A stretch of 64,000 nucleotides of DNA from Dissulfuribacterales bacterium (lineage in GTDB: Bacteria; Desulfobacterota; Dissulfuribacteria; Dissulfuribacterales; DYLC01): the NCBI GenBank assembly GCA_041287365.1, contig JBEULL010000004.1:8353-72352 (forward strand), read 5' to 3'. The notes under the pieces were generated by a model, which saw nothing but the letters and a program-made list of their open reading frames with translations, made no database searches and was not told where the DNA came from. A program made the translations under genes and the position numbers. This document shows positions 1-9,766 of the stretch, piece by piece (the stretch's first letter is position 1; each line of letters starts with the position of its first letter).

Positions 1-1531
1 CAAGGTCGCTTTTTAAGAAATAGAATGTGTTTGAGATATGTACCTCGGTGTTTGCATAGGCGGTCTTGCGCACGATTATGGTAGCGGTGGACAGATTGGC
101 TAATTCTGTCTCGATGCCGGTCAGAACGGCCTTTTGTGCATGAAACTCATTCACAATAGGCAGCATGGCCTTTTGTAAGGTCTGTTTAATGAACGCTTTT
201 CTTTCATCCAGAGGGCCTTTGGCCTCCAATTCCTTTATGGTCTTGAGTCCCTGCGTGACCTTCTGAAGCTGTGCACTTAAATCTTCTATCTGTTGAACGG
301 TGCTTTCATATTTTTGTATGAGTACAGGGTCGTTGCCTGCATGTATCTCAGTGGGCACATTTGCTTCGTTTCCCAGAATATTCACCTCGATAGACTTACC
401 GGCTCTAAGTATGCCTCCTGCGATCATGCCCTTGCCCTGAGTTGCCTTCACATCCCCTCTGACAGAACAGTGGGCATCGAGCAGATAATTGGTAATGACC
501 AGATCGCCTTCTACAAATAGATATGCCTTCTCAACGCTGTTGCACGTCAGGTTGCCTCCTGTTTTGATCGTGGTCTTTTCGGAACGGATTATGCCTCCTA
601 CGCCCATGGAGCCTTTGACCATAATTGTGACTCCGTCTTCTATATTGCGCTTCACGGTCACGTCTCCGTTTATTTGAATAATATGGTCAGGACCTGGTTT
701 TTGCTTGGTCTTTTTGTCTTTTCCGTCAGTTACAAACACACATGCTAGGCTGCGTGGGCTTTCTATGGAAGAACAAGTGAGGTTGCCCTGCACCTCCAGC
801 TTAGAACAGGCTGGATACAGTGCACCACCTATTTCCAGATTCCCTTGAACGATTATGCGGCAGGCATCTTCCACATCGTTTTTGACAAGGAGGTCACCGT
901 CCACTTGCAGGAAGACCCCCATTTTGATGGAGCCCGTTATCTCCAATCTTTTGCCTGTGAAGTGGATTTCGCCAAGATCCTTGGTGAGGTCTCCCGAGAA
1001 TATATAGTTTTCGATCACGCAGATCTTGCCGTTTTTCAGCTCCAGTTTGCCGGAACGGCTGGCCCGCAGAGTCATGTCGTCAGCAATGACTTCTGTCCCC
1101 TCTCCGGCCTTGAATACAACCCATTTGCCCGGAATGGCAGGTATCTCTTCTCCAAATATGTTGAAGCCAGGTAATCCCTGGCCAGGAGGCAGCTTTCTTG
1201 CCAGTACCTGTTCCTTTACGCAGCAGATGATGCGTTTGTCCATGGGGTCCCCTGGAATCTCCACATCGAAGACGATTTGGGCATCATCCCCCTTTTGAGG
1301 AGGGGTGCCCCTGGCGATTACCCAGGATGCATCTTTTATCTCGGGATAGCTGAGTATGCCATGATTGATTCCTGCTTCGTCCAAAATTTGCTGGAGATCG
1401 GATTTCGAGGCCTTCAGTGCAATGCCTGGTTTAGTGGGAGACAATATCGCCTCCATACTATTCGAAGAGACCCGTAAAAGAGCTGTCCCGTTCAGTACCT
1501 CTATCCCCTTGAAAAGTTCCTCTTTTGTCAT
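1..1531 (-). CDS. FapA/DUF342-family protein (flagellar assembly protein A-like); 3' end runs off the window
   Basis: Absent from the ORF track because there is no stop in the window. Hand translation of the reverse strand from ATG (1531-1529) was checked through nt ~1261 and spot-read beyond that without stops: MTKEELFKGIEVLNGTALLRVSSNSMEAILSPTKPGIALKASKSDLQQILDEAGINHGILSYPEIKDASWVIARGTPPQKGDDAQIVFDV... This is followed by Gly-rich beta-helix-like repeats typical of DUF342. The + strand ORFs here are short and overlapping. Confidence 0.7.
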   Translation of the reverse strand, partial: MTKEELFKGIEVLNGTALLRVSSNSMEAILSPTKPGIALKASKSDLQQILDEAGINHGILSYPEIKDASWVIARGTPPQKGDDAQIVFDVEIPGDPMDKRIICCVKEQVLARKLPPGQGLPGFNIFGEEIPAIPGKWVVFKAGEGTEVIADDMTLRASRSGKLELKNGKICVIENYIFSGDLTKDLGEIHFTGKRLEITGSIKMGVFLQVDGDLLVKNDVEDACRIIVQGNLEIGGALYPACSKLEVQGNLTCSSIESPRSLACVFVTDGKDKKTKQKPGPDHIIQINGDVTVKRNIEDGVTIMVKGSMGVGGIIRSEKTTIKTGGNLTCNSVEKAYLFVEGDLVITNYLLDAHCSVRGDVKATQGKGMIAGGILRAGKSIEVNILGNEANVPTEIHAGNDPVLIQKYESTVQQIEDLSAQLQKVTQGLKTIKELEAKGPLDERKAFIKQTLQKAMLPIVNEFHAQKAVLTGIETELANLSTATIIVRKTAYANTEVHISNTFYFLKSDL

Positions 1532-1625
1532 GGTCAATCCGCAGCAAAATATGTTATTTTATATTGTAAACTATGTTTTATATATTTATCGACCAAATTG
1601 TTTAATTTTGCAAGGAATTTGAGCC

Positions 1626-2540
1626 ATGTATTCAAAGATCATGCTATTTTTTCTGTTTTTTTGTCTTCATTGCGTCGACGGCTGGGCCCTGCGTACATTT
1701 GAGCTCGTCTCAAATCAGGCCCTTTACGGTGCGGGCCGCTGGATTGTCATGAACAAGGATGACACCTTGCTGGACATAGCCAGGGATTATGACATAGGCT
1801 ACAATCAGATAGTGGCTGCCAATCCAGGCGTTGATCCCTGGCTTGCCCCCAAAGACGGCAGGGTCTTTGTGCCGGGTGCATTCTTGTTGCCTCAGGACAG
1901 GCTTTCAGTGGGGATAGTGGTGAATCTGGCTGAAATGCGGCTCTACTATTTCAATTTCGATGGGGCCAGCGAGTATGTGTTTACGGCGCCTGTGGGCGTT
2001 GGACAAGAGGGATTTTTGACGGAACTTGGAGTCTATACCATAAAAAGCGCTGACATACATCCCACATGGTATGTGCCTGAGTCCATTCGCGCGGAGAATC
2101 CGGAGCTTCCTGCATATGTGCCCCCAGGCCCGGACAATCCGCTCGGGAATTATATCTTTCGGCTCTCACGGCTTTCATACGGTATTCACGGCACCAACAA
2201 GCCCTGGGGTGTGGGCAGGCGAGTGAGCCATGGCTGTATCAGGCTCTATCCTGAGGACATCGCCACATTGTTCAGGCTGGTGCCCGTGGGCTCCATGGTG
2301 CGAGTCACATATGAACCCATCAAGGCAGGGTGGAGCGACGGCCGGTGCTGGCTGCAGGTCTTCGATGATTTCGATAATAGAATAGCCAACCCCCTTGAAG
2401 AGGCCATATCGCGCATCAGAAGCGGCTGTGCAGCCGTGGTCGAAAATGAGGGTATATTGGACACGCAGGCCGTAAAAAAGGCGCTGGCTGAAAAGAATGG
2501 AATTCCTTTCCCTGTCAGCACAGCGCCAGTTAAAAAGTAG
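1626..2540 (+). CDS. L,D-transpeptidase (YkuD family) with LysM-like peptidoglycan-binding segment
   Basis: Signal peptide; LysM-like LLDIARDYDIGYNQIVAANPGVDPW; catalytic motif HGTNKPWGVGRRVSHGCIRL. Confidence 0.9.
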   Translation: MYSKIMLFFLFFCLHCVDGWALRTFELVSNQALYGAGRWIVMNKDDTLLDIARDYDIGYNQIVAANPGVDPWLAPKDGRVFVPGAFLLPQDRLSVGIVVNLAEMRLYYFNFDGASEYVFTAPVGVGQEGFLTELGVYTIKSADIHPTWYVPESIRAENPELPAYVPPGPDNPLGNYIFRLSRLSYGIHGTNKPWGVGRRVSHGCIRLYPEDIATLFRLVPVGSMVRVTYEPIKAGWSDGRCWLQVFDDFDNRIANPLEEAISRIRSGCAAVVENEGILDTQAVKKALAEKNGIPFPVSTAPVKK

Positions 2541-2578
2541 TGATCAGTTAAGATGTCGTTTTTCCAGCTGCCGATATA

Positions 2579-2950
2579 TTATTTTTTAAGGGATTTTTCA
2601 AATATCCGTTCCATCTTGGTGGCAGCGGCAGCCGCTCTTTCCGCTGCATCCGCTGCACGATTGGCTGCTGATTCAGCCCTTACGGCAGCGCTTTCCGCCC
2701 GTCTTGCAGCATCGGAGGTGGAGGATATGAGTGGTTCGATGCGCATGGCGGCATTTTCAGCCCGCTGTGCAGCGCTTTCGGCCTTTTCAGCCGAGGCCTT
2801 GGCCTCGTCGGCCTTTTGAATAGATCGCTGCACCAGGTCTCTGTCGGCCTGATTCAGACCGCAGCCGGCCACAGAGAGCAGCAATGGAAGGGCCAGACAG
2901 GTGGCGGAGACTCTATTCAGCCAGGATTTTCTTTCAGCGCCATATTTCAT
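2579..2950 (-). CDS. OprI/Lpp-like alanine-zipper outer-membrane lipoprotein
   Basis: Signal peptide with lipobox LLLSVAG|C; Ala-rich heptads (AEKAESAAQRAENAA...AESAAVRAESAANRAADAAERAAAAA); C-terminus ...EKSLKK; AGGAGG RBS upstream. Confidence 0.7.
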   Translation of the reverse strand: MKYGAERKSWLNRVSATCLALPLLLSVAGCGLNQADRDLVQRSIQKADEAKASAEKAESAAQRAENAAMRIEPLISSTSDAARRAESAAVRAESAANRAADAAERAAAAATKMERIFEKSLKK

Positions 2951-3118
2951 AACTTGCCTCCTTGGAATGGATTTCTGACAATTATAAAAATATATACTTC
3001 AGAATAAAGTTGCAACATCAAACTCATAAAGAGTCCTTTCATTTTAGCTCAAAAAACTGTATTACAATGCAAAGGCAGTGAAATAACTCGATGGCTGAAC
3101 GCAGCGGAAGGAGTCTTT

Positions 3119-3364
3119 ATGTACTATGAACAGGAAGTTTCACTCAAGTCCCGACTAGTAGCCCTCCTCTTCTGTTTTTTTCTTGGCGCCTTTGGAGTAC
3201 ATAGGTTTTATGTGGGAAAGATAGGCACCGGCATTCTTATGCTGTTGACCTTCGGAGGATTCGGCATCTGGGTGATCATCGACCTCATTCTCATTGTAGC
3301 CGGTTCCTTTCGGGACAAAGAAGGCAGACTGGTCTTTCATTGGTTCGAACCAGGTTCCATCTGA
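3119..3364 (+). CDS. TM2 domain-containing small membrane protein
   Basis: LLFCFFLGAFGVHRFYVGKIGTGILMLLTFGGFGIWVIIDLILI matches the TM2 domain pattern (GxHRFYxG, two TM helices). Confidence 0.8.
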   Translation: MYYEQEVSLKSRLVALLFCFFLGAFGVHRFYVGKIGTGILMLLTFGGFGIWVIIDLILIVAGSFRDKEGRLVFHWFEPGSI

Positions 3365-3435
3365 TGCCGATTTTGCTGTTTTGTCTGTTTTTTCAATTAA
3401 ATAATGTAGTTGGACAGAAAGGATAGAATACGCAC

Positions 3436-6270
3436 ATGGATTACAAAGAGACACTGAATCTCCCTCAGACGACCTTTCCAATGAAGGCTAATCTCTCGCA
3501 AAAAGAGCCTGAGATGCTTAAAAAATGGACAGAAATGGATATGTACGGCCGGCTTCGCAGCCATTTCAAAGGCAAACCTCGTTTTATTCTGCACGACGGC
3601 CCTCCCTATGCCAACGGCCACATTCATCTGGGACACACCATAAACAAGGTGCTGAAGGACATAATCATCAAATCCAGGCAGTTGCAAGGGTTTGACGCCC
3701 CTTATGTGCCGGGTTGGGACTGTCATGGCCTGCCCATAGAGCACAATGTGGAAAAGGATCTGGGGTCCAAGAAAAAGGACATGAGCAAGCTGGAGATACG
3801 AAAGGCCTGCCGGCGTTATGCCGAGAAGTTTGTGGATATTCAGCGGGAGGAATTCAAGCGGTTGGGCGTGTTTGGTGACTGGGAGCGGCCCTATCTCACC
3901 ATGTCCTATGATTATGAAGCCGCCATCTGCCGAGAGTTCTGCGATATCTTTTTGAAAGGTTATGTGGTCAAGAGCAAAAAGCCTGTCTATTGGTGCCCAA
4001 CATGTATTACCGCCCTTGCCGAGGCCGAAGTGGAGTATGCAGACCACAAATCCCCTTCCATTACCGTCAAATTCGCTGCCAAAGAAGACCTACGGGCCTG
4101 GTGTACCAACAGATTAGAGGTTGATTCGCCTGTCTTTGTGCTCATCTGGACCACCACGCCATGGACACTTCCGGCCAATCTTGCCGTGGCACTGCACCCT
4201 GATTTCGATTATGTGGCGGTTAAAGTCGAAAACGAGATATGGATAGTGGCAGAGGGCAGGCTCTCCGCCACCCTGCTCTCCGCAGGCAAAGAGCCCATGG
4301 ACGCACAGGTATTGGGAAGATTCATCGGTAGGGAGATAGAGGGCATGCACCTTTTGCATCCGTTTATTCAGAGGGAGAGCCTTCTGGTGACAGCCGATTA
4401 TGTGACTTTGGATACGGGTACGGGCTGTGTCCACACCGCTCCTGGCCATGGTGCCGACGACTATTCCACAGGGCTTCGTTATGCTCTTGACATCTATGCC
4501 CCTGTGGATGACCGCGGCAGATTCACTCAGGAGGTGGCGGATTTTGCTGGCATCAATATCTTTGATGCCAATGCAAAAATAATAGAATTACTGCAAGAAA
4601 AAGGGGCACTGGTGGCAAGCGAATCCCTGGTTCACAGCTATCCCCATTGCTGGCGCTGCAAGAGACCCGTGATCTTTCGGGCCACCAGCCAGTGGTTTAT
4701 CTCCATGGACGGGCAACAGGCCTTGCGAAAGAAGGCCCTTTCTGCCATTGAGAAAGTACAGTGGATTCCGGAATGGGGCAAGGACCGTATTCGCGGCATG
4801 GTGGAGGCCAGGCCCGACTGGTGTGTGTCCCGTCAGAGGGCATGGGGCGTTCCTGTGACCGTTTTTGTATGTGAGGACTGCGGGACACCATTTATGGATG
4901 CAGCCACAGCCCAAAGACTGCATAATGTCTTCTCTGAAGAGGGTGCCGATGCCTGGTTTGCCAGAGATGTCGGGGAATTACTGCCTCCTCATGCCTGTTG
5001 TAGCAAATGTGGAGGCAAAAACATCAAAAAAGAGACAGACATACTGGATGTCTGGTTTGATTCCGGAGTCAGCCATGCCGTTGTATTGGGGCAGCGGTCT
5101 GAGCTATCCTGGCCTGCTGATCTCTATCTGGAGGGCAGTGATCAGCACAGGGGCTGGTTTCAGAGTTCTCTACTCACATCCGTTGCCACACGTGATCGGG
5201 CGCCTTACCGGGCCGTGCTCACTCACGGCTTTGTGGTGGATGGACAGGGCAAAAAGATGTCAAAATCCGTTGGAAACGTCATCTCTCCAGCAGATATCAT
5301 CAAGGAACACGGAGCAGAGATACTGAGGCTCTGGGTCGCATCGGAGGACTATCAGGACGACATCAAGATATCCAAAGAGATACTACAACGGATGGTGGAG
5401 TCTTACCGCAAGATACGTAATACATTCCGATATCTCTTGAGCAATCTTTATGATTTCAATCCGGATACCGACACAGTGTCTGAAACCGAGTTCGATGTCT
5501 TGGATAAATGGGCGCTTTCCCGTTTGAACTTACTGAAACAGCGTGTCATAATGGCCTATAATAATTATAAATTTCATCAAATTTATCATCGAGTGCACGA
5601 GTTCTGCACTGTTGATATGAGTGCCCTTTATCTGGATATCATAAAAGATCGGTTGTATTGTGAACTCAAAAGCGGCATCAAACGTCGATCCGCTCAGACC
5701 GTGCTGTACCGCATAGCCAGAGATCTGCTGATTATGGTCTCTCCTATATTGTCTTTTACAGCGGAAGAGGCCTGGGCCCATCTGAACAAGGGCACAGTGG
5801 AACCTGCTGAAAGTATATTTCTGGCGGAGCTCGGCAATGACAAAGGGGCATTTAAGCTTTCCGATGCTGAGTCCAGAAAATGGGACGAAATCTGGCGGGT
5901 GCGTTTCGAGATAACCAAGGCCCTGGAGCTGGCGCGTAAAGAAAAAAGGATCGGACTGGCCCTGGATGCCCGAGTGGTGGTTTCGCCTCCCGATGAGTTG
6001 ACTCAGGTTTTGCAGGAGAATGTGTCCCTGCTTCAGACTCTGTCCATCGTTTCGCAATTGGAGATTGGCGCGCCTGAAGAAGGGACATTGCTCGTGTGGG
6101 AAGCGCAGGATGTGCCAGGACTGAAGGTTTCGGTCTTCAAGGCCAATGGTCAAAAATGTGCCCGTTGCTGGACATGGAGCGAGACAGTGGGGGCGGACAG
6201 CCGGTTTACGGATGTGTGTGAGCGTTGCGCCGGTGTATTGAAGGCCATGAACTCCGATGCTTTGGCTTGA
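3436..6270 (+). CDS. ileS: Isoleucine--tRNA ligase
   Basis: 944 aa; class I motifs PYANGHIHLGH and KMSKS; editing-domain signatures; C-terminal Zn-finger cysteines (CARCW...CERC). Confidence 0.98.
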   Translation: MDYKETLNLPQTTFPMKANLSQKEPEMLKKWTEMDMYGRLRSHFKGKPRFILHDGPPYANGHIHLGHTINKVLKDIIIKSRQLQGFDAPYVPGWDCHGLPIEHNVEKDLGSKKKDMSKLEIRKACRRYAEKFVDIQREEFKRLGVFGDWERPYLTMSYDYEAAICREFCDIFLKGYVVKSKKPVYWCPTCITALAEAEVEYADHKSPSITVKFAAKEDLRAWCTNRLEVDSPVFVLIWTTTPWTLPANLAVALHPDFDYVAVKVENEIWIVAEGRLSATLLSAGKEPMDAQVLGRFIGREIEGMHLLHPFIQRESLLVTADYVTLDTGTGCVHTAPGHGADDYSTGLRYALDIYAPVDDRGRFTQEVADFAGINIFDANAKIIELLQEKGALVASESLVHSYPHCWRCKRPVIFRATSQWFISMDGQQALRKKALSAIEKVQWIPEWGKDRIRGMVEARPDWCVSRQRAWGVPVTVFVCEDCGTPFMDAATAQRLHNVFSEEGADAWFARDVGELLPPHACCSKCGGKNIKKETDILDVWFDSGVSHAVVLGQRSELSWPADLYLEGSDQHRGWFQSSLLTSVATRDRAPYRAVLTHGFVVDGQGKKMSKSVGNVISPADIIKEHGAEILRLWVASEDYQDDIKISKEILQRMVESYRKIRNTFRYLLSNLYDFNPDTDTVSETEFDVLDKWALSRLNLLKQRVIMAYNNYKFHQIYHRVHEFCTVDMSALYLDIIKDRLYCELKSGIKRRSAQTVLYRIARDLLIMVSPILSFTAEEAWAHLNKGTVEPAESIFLAELGNDKGAFKLSDAESRKWDEIWRVRFEITKALELARKEKRIGLALDARVVVSPPDELTQVLQENVSLLQTLSIVSQLEIGAPEEGTLLVWEAQDVPGLKVSVFKANGQKCARCWTWSETVGADSRFTDVCERCAGVLKAMNSDALA

Positions 6271-6862
6271 AAACCTTGGCAGAAGGGTGGCTCAGGTCGC
6301 ATTTTCGCCTCTGGTGAACCTGCTGACAGCCAGAGGGATTACGCCCAATCAGGTCACCTGGGCAGGTCTTTTGGGTTATGGAGTGGTGGCATGGCTGTTG
6401 ACCGCTGGTTTTTCCAGGGCAGCCGGAGTGGCATTGGCTGTGTTGGGGCCTTTGGACGCCATCGACGGCATGTTGGCCCGCAAAACCGGTCAGGCAAGCG
6501 TCAAGGGGGCGTTTCTGGATTCCACTCTGGACAGATATGCAGAGGTGCTGCTGTTTCTGGGCCTGACCTTTTATCTGCTTCAGAATGCCTATCGGGATTC
6601 AAGGGATATGCTCCTGAACGCATGTCTGGTGCTGGCCGCTCTTTCCGGTTCGCTTTTGGTGAGCTATACACGCGCCAGGGCCGAGTCCCTGGGTTTTTCA
6701 TGCAAGATCGGCCTGATGACTCGATTTGAACGGTTGTTGCTGCTCTCCCTTGCCCTGATTTTCGATGTAGTGCGTCCGGCCCTTGCTTTGCTGGCAGTGC
6801 TTGCACATCTGACTGCAGCGCAGCGTATCAGACACGTCATGAAACAGGAAAACGGTAAATAG
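6257..6862 (+). CDS. CDP-alcohol phosphatidyltransferase family protein
   Basis: Complete motif DAIDGMLARKTGQASVKGAFLDSTLDRYAE (D-x2-DG-x2-AR-x8-G-x3-D-x3-D); multiple TM helices; overlaps the ileS stop by 14 nt. Confidence 0.85.
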   Translation: MLWLENLGRRVAQVAFSPLVNLLTARGITPNQVTWAGLLGYGVVAWLLTAGFSRAAGVALAVLGPLDAIDGMLARKTGQASVKGAFLDSTLDRYAEVLLFLGLTFYLLQNAYRDSRDMLLNACLVLAALSGSLLVSYTRARAESLGFSCKIGLMTRFERLLLLSLALIFDVVRPALALLAVLAHLTAAQRIRHVMKQENGK

Positions 6863-6866
6863 AGAC

Positions 6867-7706
6867 ATGGCCGGCGTTCTTTTTGTGGTGGCCACGCCCA
6901 TAGGGAATCTTCAAGACATCACTTATCGCGCTGTGGAAGTCCTGAAAAGCTGTAAGGTGGTGGTGGCCGAGGATACGCGCCAAACCCGTAAACTGCTTTC
7001 TCATCTCGATATACATGCACAACTTGTCTCAGCCGATGAACACAAAGAGCTGAGTGCAGCAGAGCGGGTCTTGGCCTTGCTGCATCAAGGCAGGAATGCG
7101 GCGTTGGTGACCGATGCGGGTACGCCTGCCATATCGGACCCAGGGGCTAAATTCGTGGCCTATATGCGGGAAAACGGCATACAAATCGTGCCGGTGCCGG
7201 GCCCGTCTTCTGTAATCACGGGCTTGAGCGTCTCCGGCTTGCCTGCCGATCGTTTTTATTTTGGAGGCTTTTTACCGGCAAAGAGCAAAGAACGCCTGCA
7301 ATTTTTGCAGAGTATTCAGTCTTTGCCGGACACGCTGGTCTTTCTGGAGGCGCCGCACAGGCTGTTGACCGCTATGGAAGCCATTTACTCGGTATTGGGC
7401 GATCGGGCGGTATTTCTGGCCAAAGAGCTGACAAAAAGTCACGAAACCTTGATTGTTACACGGCTTTCAGTGGTTCAAGAGGCCTTGAAAGAGGTTGCCG
7501 TCAAGGGTGAGTGGGTTATTGTCGTGGAAGGCGCTTCACATAAAAACGAACTACACATGGAGACAATGAAACGGGAAGCCCTGCGCTTGATAAAACATTT
7601 GAAATACGAGGAGCCCCTTTCCTTAAAGGATTTGAGCAAATTACTCTCGGAACTGACCGGTATTCAGAAGGGATGGTTTTATGAACGACTCATCAAAAAC
7701 AATTAG
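6867..7706 (+). CDS. rsmI: 16S rRNA (cytidine1402-2'-O)-methyltransferase
   Basis: N-terminus LFVVATPIGNLQDITYRAVEVLKSCKVVVAEDTR and a tetrapyrrole-methylase-like fold signature typical of RsmI. Confidence 0.9.
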   Translation: MAGVLFVVATPIGNLQDITYRAVEVLKSCKVVVAEDTRQTRKLLSHLDIHAQLVSADEHKELSAAERVLALLHQGRNAALVTDAGTPAISDPGAKFVAYMRENGIQIVPVPGPSSVITGLSVSGLPADRFYFGGFLPAKSKERLQFLQSIQSLPDTLVFLEAPHRLLTAMEAIYSVLGDRAVFLAKELTKSHETLIVTRLSVVQEALKEVAVKGEWVIVVEGASHKNELHMETMKREALRLIKHLKYEEPLSLKDLSKLLSELTGIQKGWFYERLIKNN

Positions 7707-7713
7707 GAAGGGG

Positions 7714-8508
7714 ATGCATAAAACAGTAGCCATCATTCCGGCTCGATATGCCTCGACCAGGCTTCCGGGCAAGCCCCTGGCCAGGATAGCCGGCAAGCCC
7801 ATGATTCTGCACGTGGTGGAACGTGCCTGTTCCATCTCTGCTCTGAACGAGGTGGTGGTAGCCACGGACGATGAGCGTATTTTGGAATGTGTACAACATG
7901 CTGGCTACAAGGCGGTTTTGACGGCATCCGTTCATTCTTCCGGCACGGATCGTGTGGCGGAGGCTGCGCGCATTCTGGGATTTGCCGCCAATGATATCGT
8001 TGTGAACATTCAGGGAGACCAGCCGTTTCTGCACTCCGATGCAGTGATGGCCATGCTCGATCTAATTTCAAGTGACGAAACGCTGCACATGACCACAGCC
8101 GCCTGTCCCATGAAGCTGGAGGATGTGAGTAATCCAAACAAGGTGAAGGTGGTGTTGGACAAAAAGGGGATGGCCCTGTATTTCTCTCGCTCCGTCATTC
8201 CATTTGATCGGGACGGTCAGGCCCATGCGCTCTGCACCATTAAGAGGCCCGATGCAGCGGCGCTGTTTCAGGGTCATGGTTACCTGCGGCACCTGGGGCT
8301 TTATGCCTTCCGTATGAGTTTTTTACAGGAATTTGTGCAGCTCGGCCCCAGTTTTTTGGAACAAATGGAGTGTCTTGAGCAGTTGAGGGCGCTGGAGAAC
8401 GGCTATGCCATCGGTGTGGTGAAAGTAAAGGATGCTCCACTTGAGATTGATACGCCTGAGGACCTGCAGGCTGCTAACCGCATGATGGCGGAACCATCTC
8501 TTGACTGA
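7714..8508 (+). CDS. kdsB: 3-deoxy-manno-octulosonate cytidylyltransferase (CMP-KDO synthetase)
   Basis: MHKTVAIIPARYASTRLPGKPLARIAGKPMILHVVERA. ATG at 7714 is preceded by AGGAAGGGG. The ORF-track start at 7681 would overlap rsmI. Confidence 0.92.
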   Translation: MHKTVAIIPARYASTRLPGKPLARIAGKPMILHVVERACSISALNEVVVATDDERILECVQHAGYKAVLTASVHSSGTDRVAEAARILGFAANDIVVNIQGDQPFLHSDAVMAMLDLISSDETLHMTTAACPMKLEDVSNPNKVKVVLDKKGMALYFSRSVIPFDRDGQAHALCTIKRPDAAALFQGHGYLRHLGLYAFRMSFLQEFVQLGPSFLEQMECLEQLRALENGYAIGVVKVKDAPLEIDTPEDLQAANRMMAEPSLD

Positions 8509-8522
8509 TTCAGGTGCATGGT

Positions 8523-9239
8523 TCAGGACATACCCTTTCTCACACGTATGTTGATCATCTCCACTGCAAACGAAAAGGCCATGGCAAAATAGATGTAGCC
8601 TTTTGGAATATGGAATGAAAAACCATCGCCCAGTAGGGCCACACCCACCAGAATCAGAAAGCTCAGGGCCAGGACCTTTATGGTGGGGTTTTTGTCAACG
8701 AAATAGCCGATGGGCCCTGCCGCAAACATCATGATGCCTACGGCGATGATAATGGCGGTGATCATGATCCATAGCTCTTGCGCCATTCCCACTGCGGTGA
8801 TCACGGAATCCAGGGAAAATATGATGTCGAGCAGCATGATCTGTGCGATCACGCCCCAGAAGGCCGTTGTGCGAATTTGAATGTTGGGCCCTCCCCTGCG
8901 TGCTTCGTCTATTTTTTCGTGTATTTCAAGGGAGCTCTTTGCGATGAGGAACAGACCTCCAAGAATGAGTATCAGGTCTCTACCGGAAAACGCCCTGTCA
9001 AACAGGTGAAACAGGGGTTCCGTGAGGCGCATCACCCATGTCAGGGACATGAGCAGCAGAATACGCATGAGCATGGCGGCTCCAAGCCCGATAATGCGTG
9101 CCGATGGTTGCTGATACGGCGGCATTTTGGACACAACGATGGAAAGAAAGATGATGTTGTCGATGCCGAGCACGATCTCCAGAACGGTCAGTGTGACAAG
9201 CGATATCCATATTTCAGGGTTCAAAAAATATTCCATCAT
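8523..9239 (-). CDS. TerC family integral membrane protein
   Basis: 7 TM helices; LEIVLGIDNIIFLSIVV and LDIIFSLDSVITAVGM repeats typical of TerC. ATGA overlap with the upstream NUDIX gene. Confidence 0.85.
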   Translation of the reverse strand: MMEYFLNPEIWISLVTLTVLEIVLGIDNIIFLSIVVSKMPPYQQPSARIIGLGAAMLMRILLLMSLTWVMRLTEPLFHLFDRAFSGRDLILILGGLFLIAKSSLEIHEKIDEARRGGPNIQIRTTAFWGVIAQIMLLDIIFSLDSVITAVGMAQELWIMITAIIIAVGIMMFAAGPIGYFVDKNPTIKVLALSFLILVGVALLGDGFSFHIPKGYIYFAMAFSFAVEMINIRVRKGMS

Positions 9240-9763
9240 GATTTGAGTGCATTAATCTTCTGATTGGTATAGTGGTGCATGAAAAGTTGGAACAGGGCAA
9301 GACCATCGAGTGTAAATGGGTGTTGCCGAGCCATTTCCCATATGTCTTGCAGTTTCATGAAACCGCCTTCGGCGACCTCTTCGGCCTGTAAAACGAATGG
9401 GCCTTCGTGAAGGCACAGATATGACATGCCCCAGACATCGTTGTTCTCTGTGACATGATGAAATTCGAACAAAGGTGTGAGATCGGCTCGAATACCCAGC
9501 TCCTCCAGAAGTTCCCTTTTTGCGGCCTGTTCCCAGGATTCACCACTCAACACCACGCCGCCTGCCGCAATGTCGAAGTGTCCTGGATAGATGTCTTTGG
9601 TGTCGGTGCGTTTCTGCACAAACAATTCATGTTTGTGGTTAAGGACCAGGATATAGACCGCTCGATGCGGCAGTCGTTTTTGGCGCATCTCGGCCCTTGG
9701 AAGGGCTTCGACGACCTCATTTTTATCGTTTACAATGGCTACCAGTTCATTGGTGTCTGACAT
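9236..9763 (-). CDS. NUDIX hydrolase
   Basis: Nudix box GGVVLSGESWEQAAKRELLEELGI. Confidence 0.85.
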   Translation of the reverse strand: MSDTNELVAIVNDKNEVVEALPRAEMRQKRLPHRAVYILVLNHKHELFVQKRTDTKDIYPGHFDIAAGGVVLSGESWEQAAKRELLEELGIRADLTPLFEFHHVTENNDVWGMSYLCLHEGPFVLQAEEVAEGGFMKLQDIWEMARQHPFTLDGLALFQLFMHHYTNQKINALKS

Positions 9764-9766
9764 GGT

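Noticed and set aside
2553-2819. 88-aa Ala/Ser-rich ORF on the + strand, opposite the OprI/Lpp-like gene.
   Set aside because: It is the mirror image of the GCN-rich alanine-zipper coding sequence. It has no signal peptide or RBS, whereas the minus-strand ORF has an RBS, a signal peptide and a lipobox.
9236-9300. Possible yybP-ykoY (Mn) riboswitch in front of the TerC-family gene.
   Set aside because: The TerC start overlaps the upstream NUDIX gene (ATGA), so there is no leader in which a riboswitch could sit.
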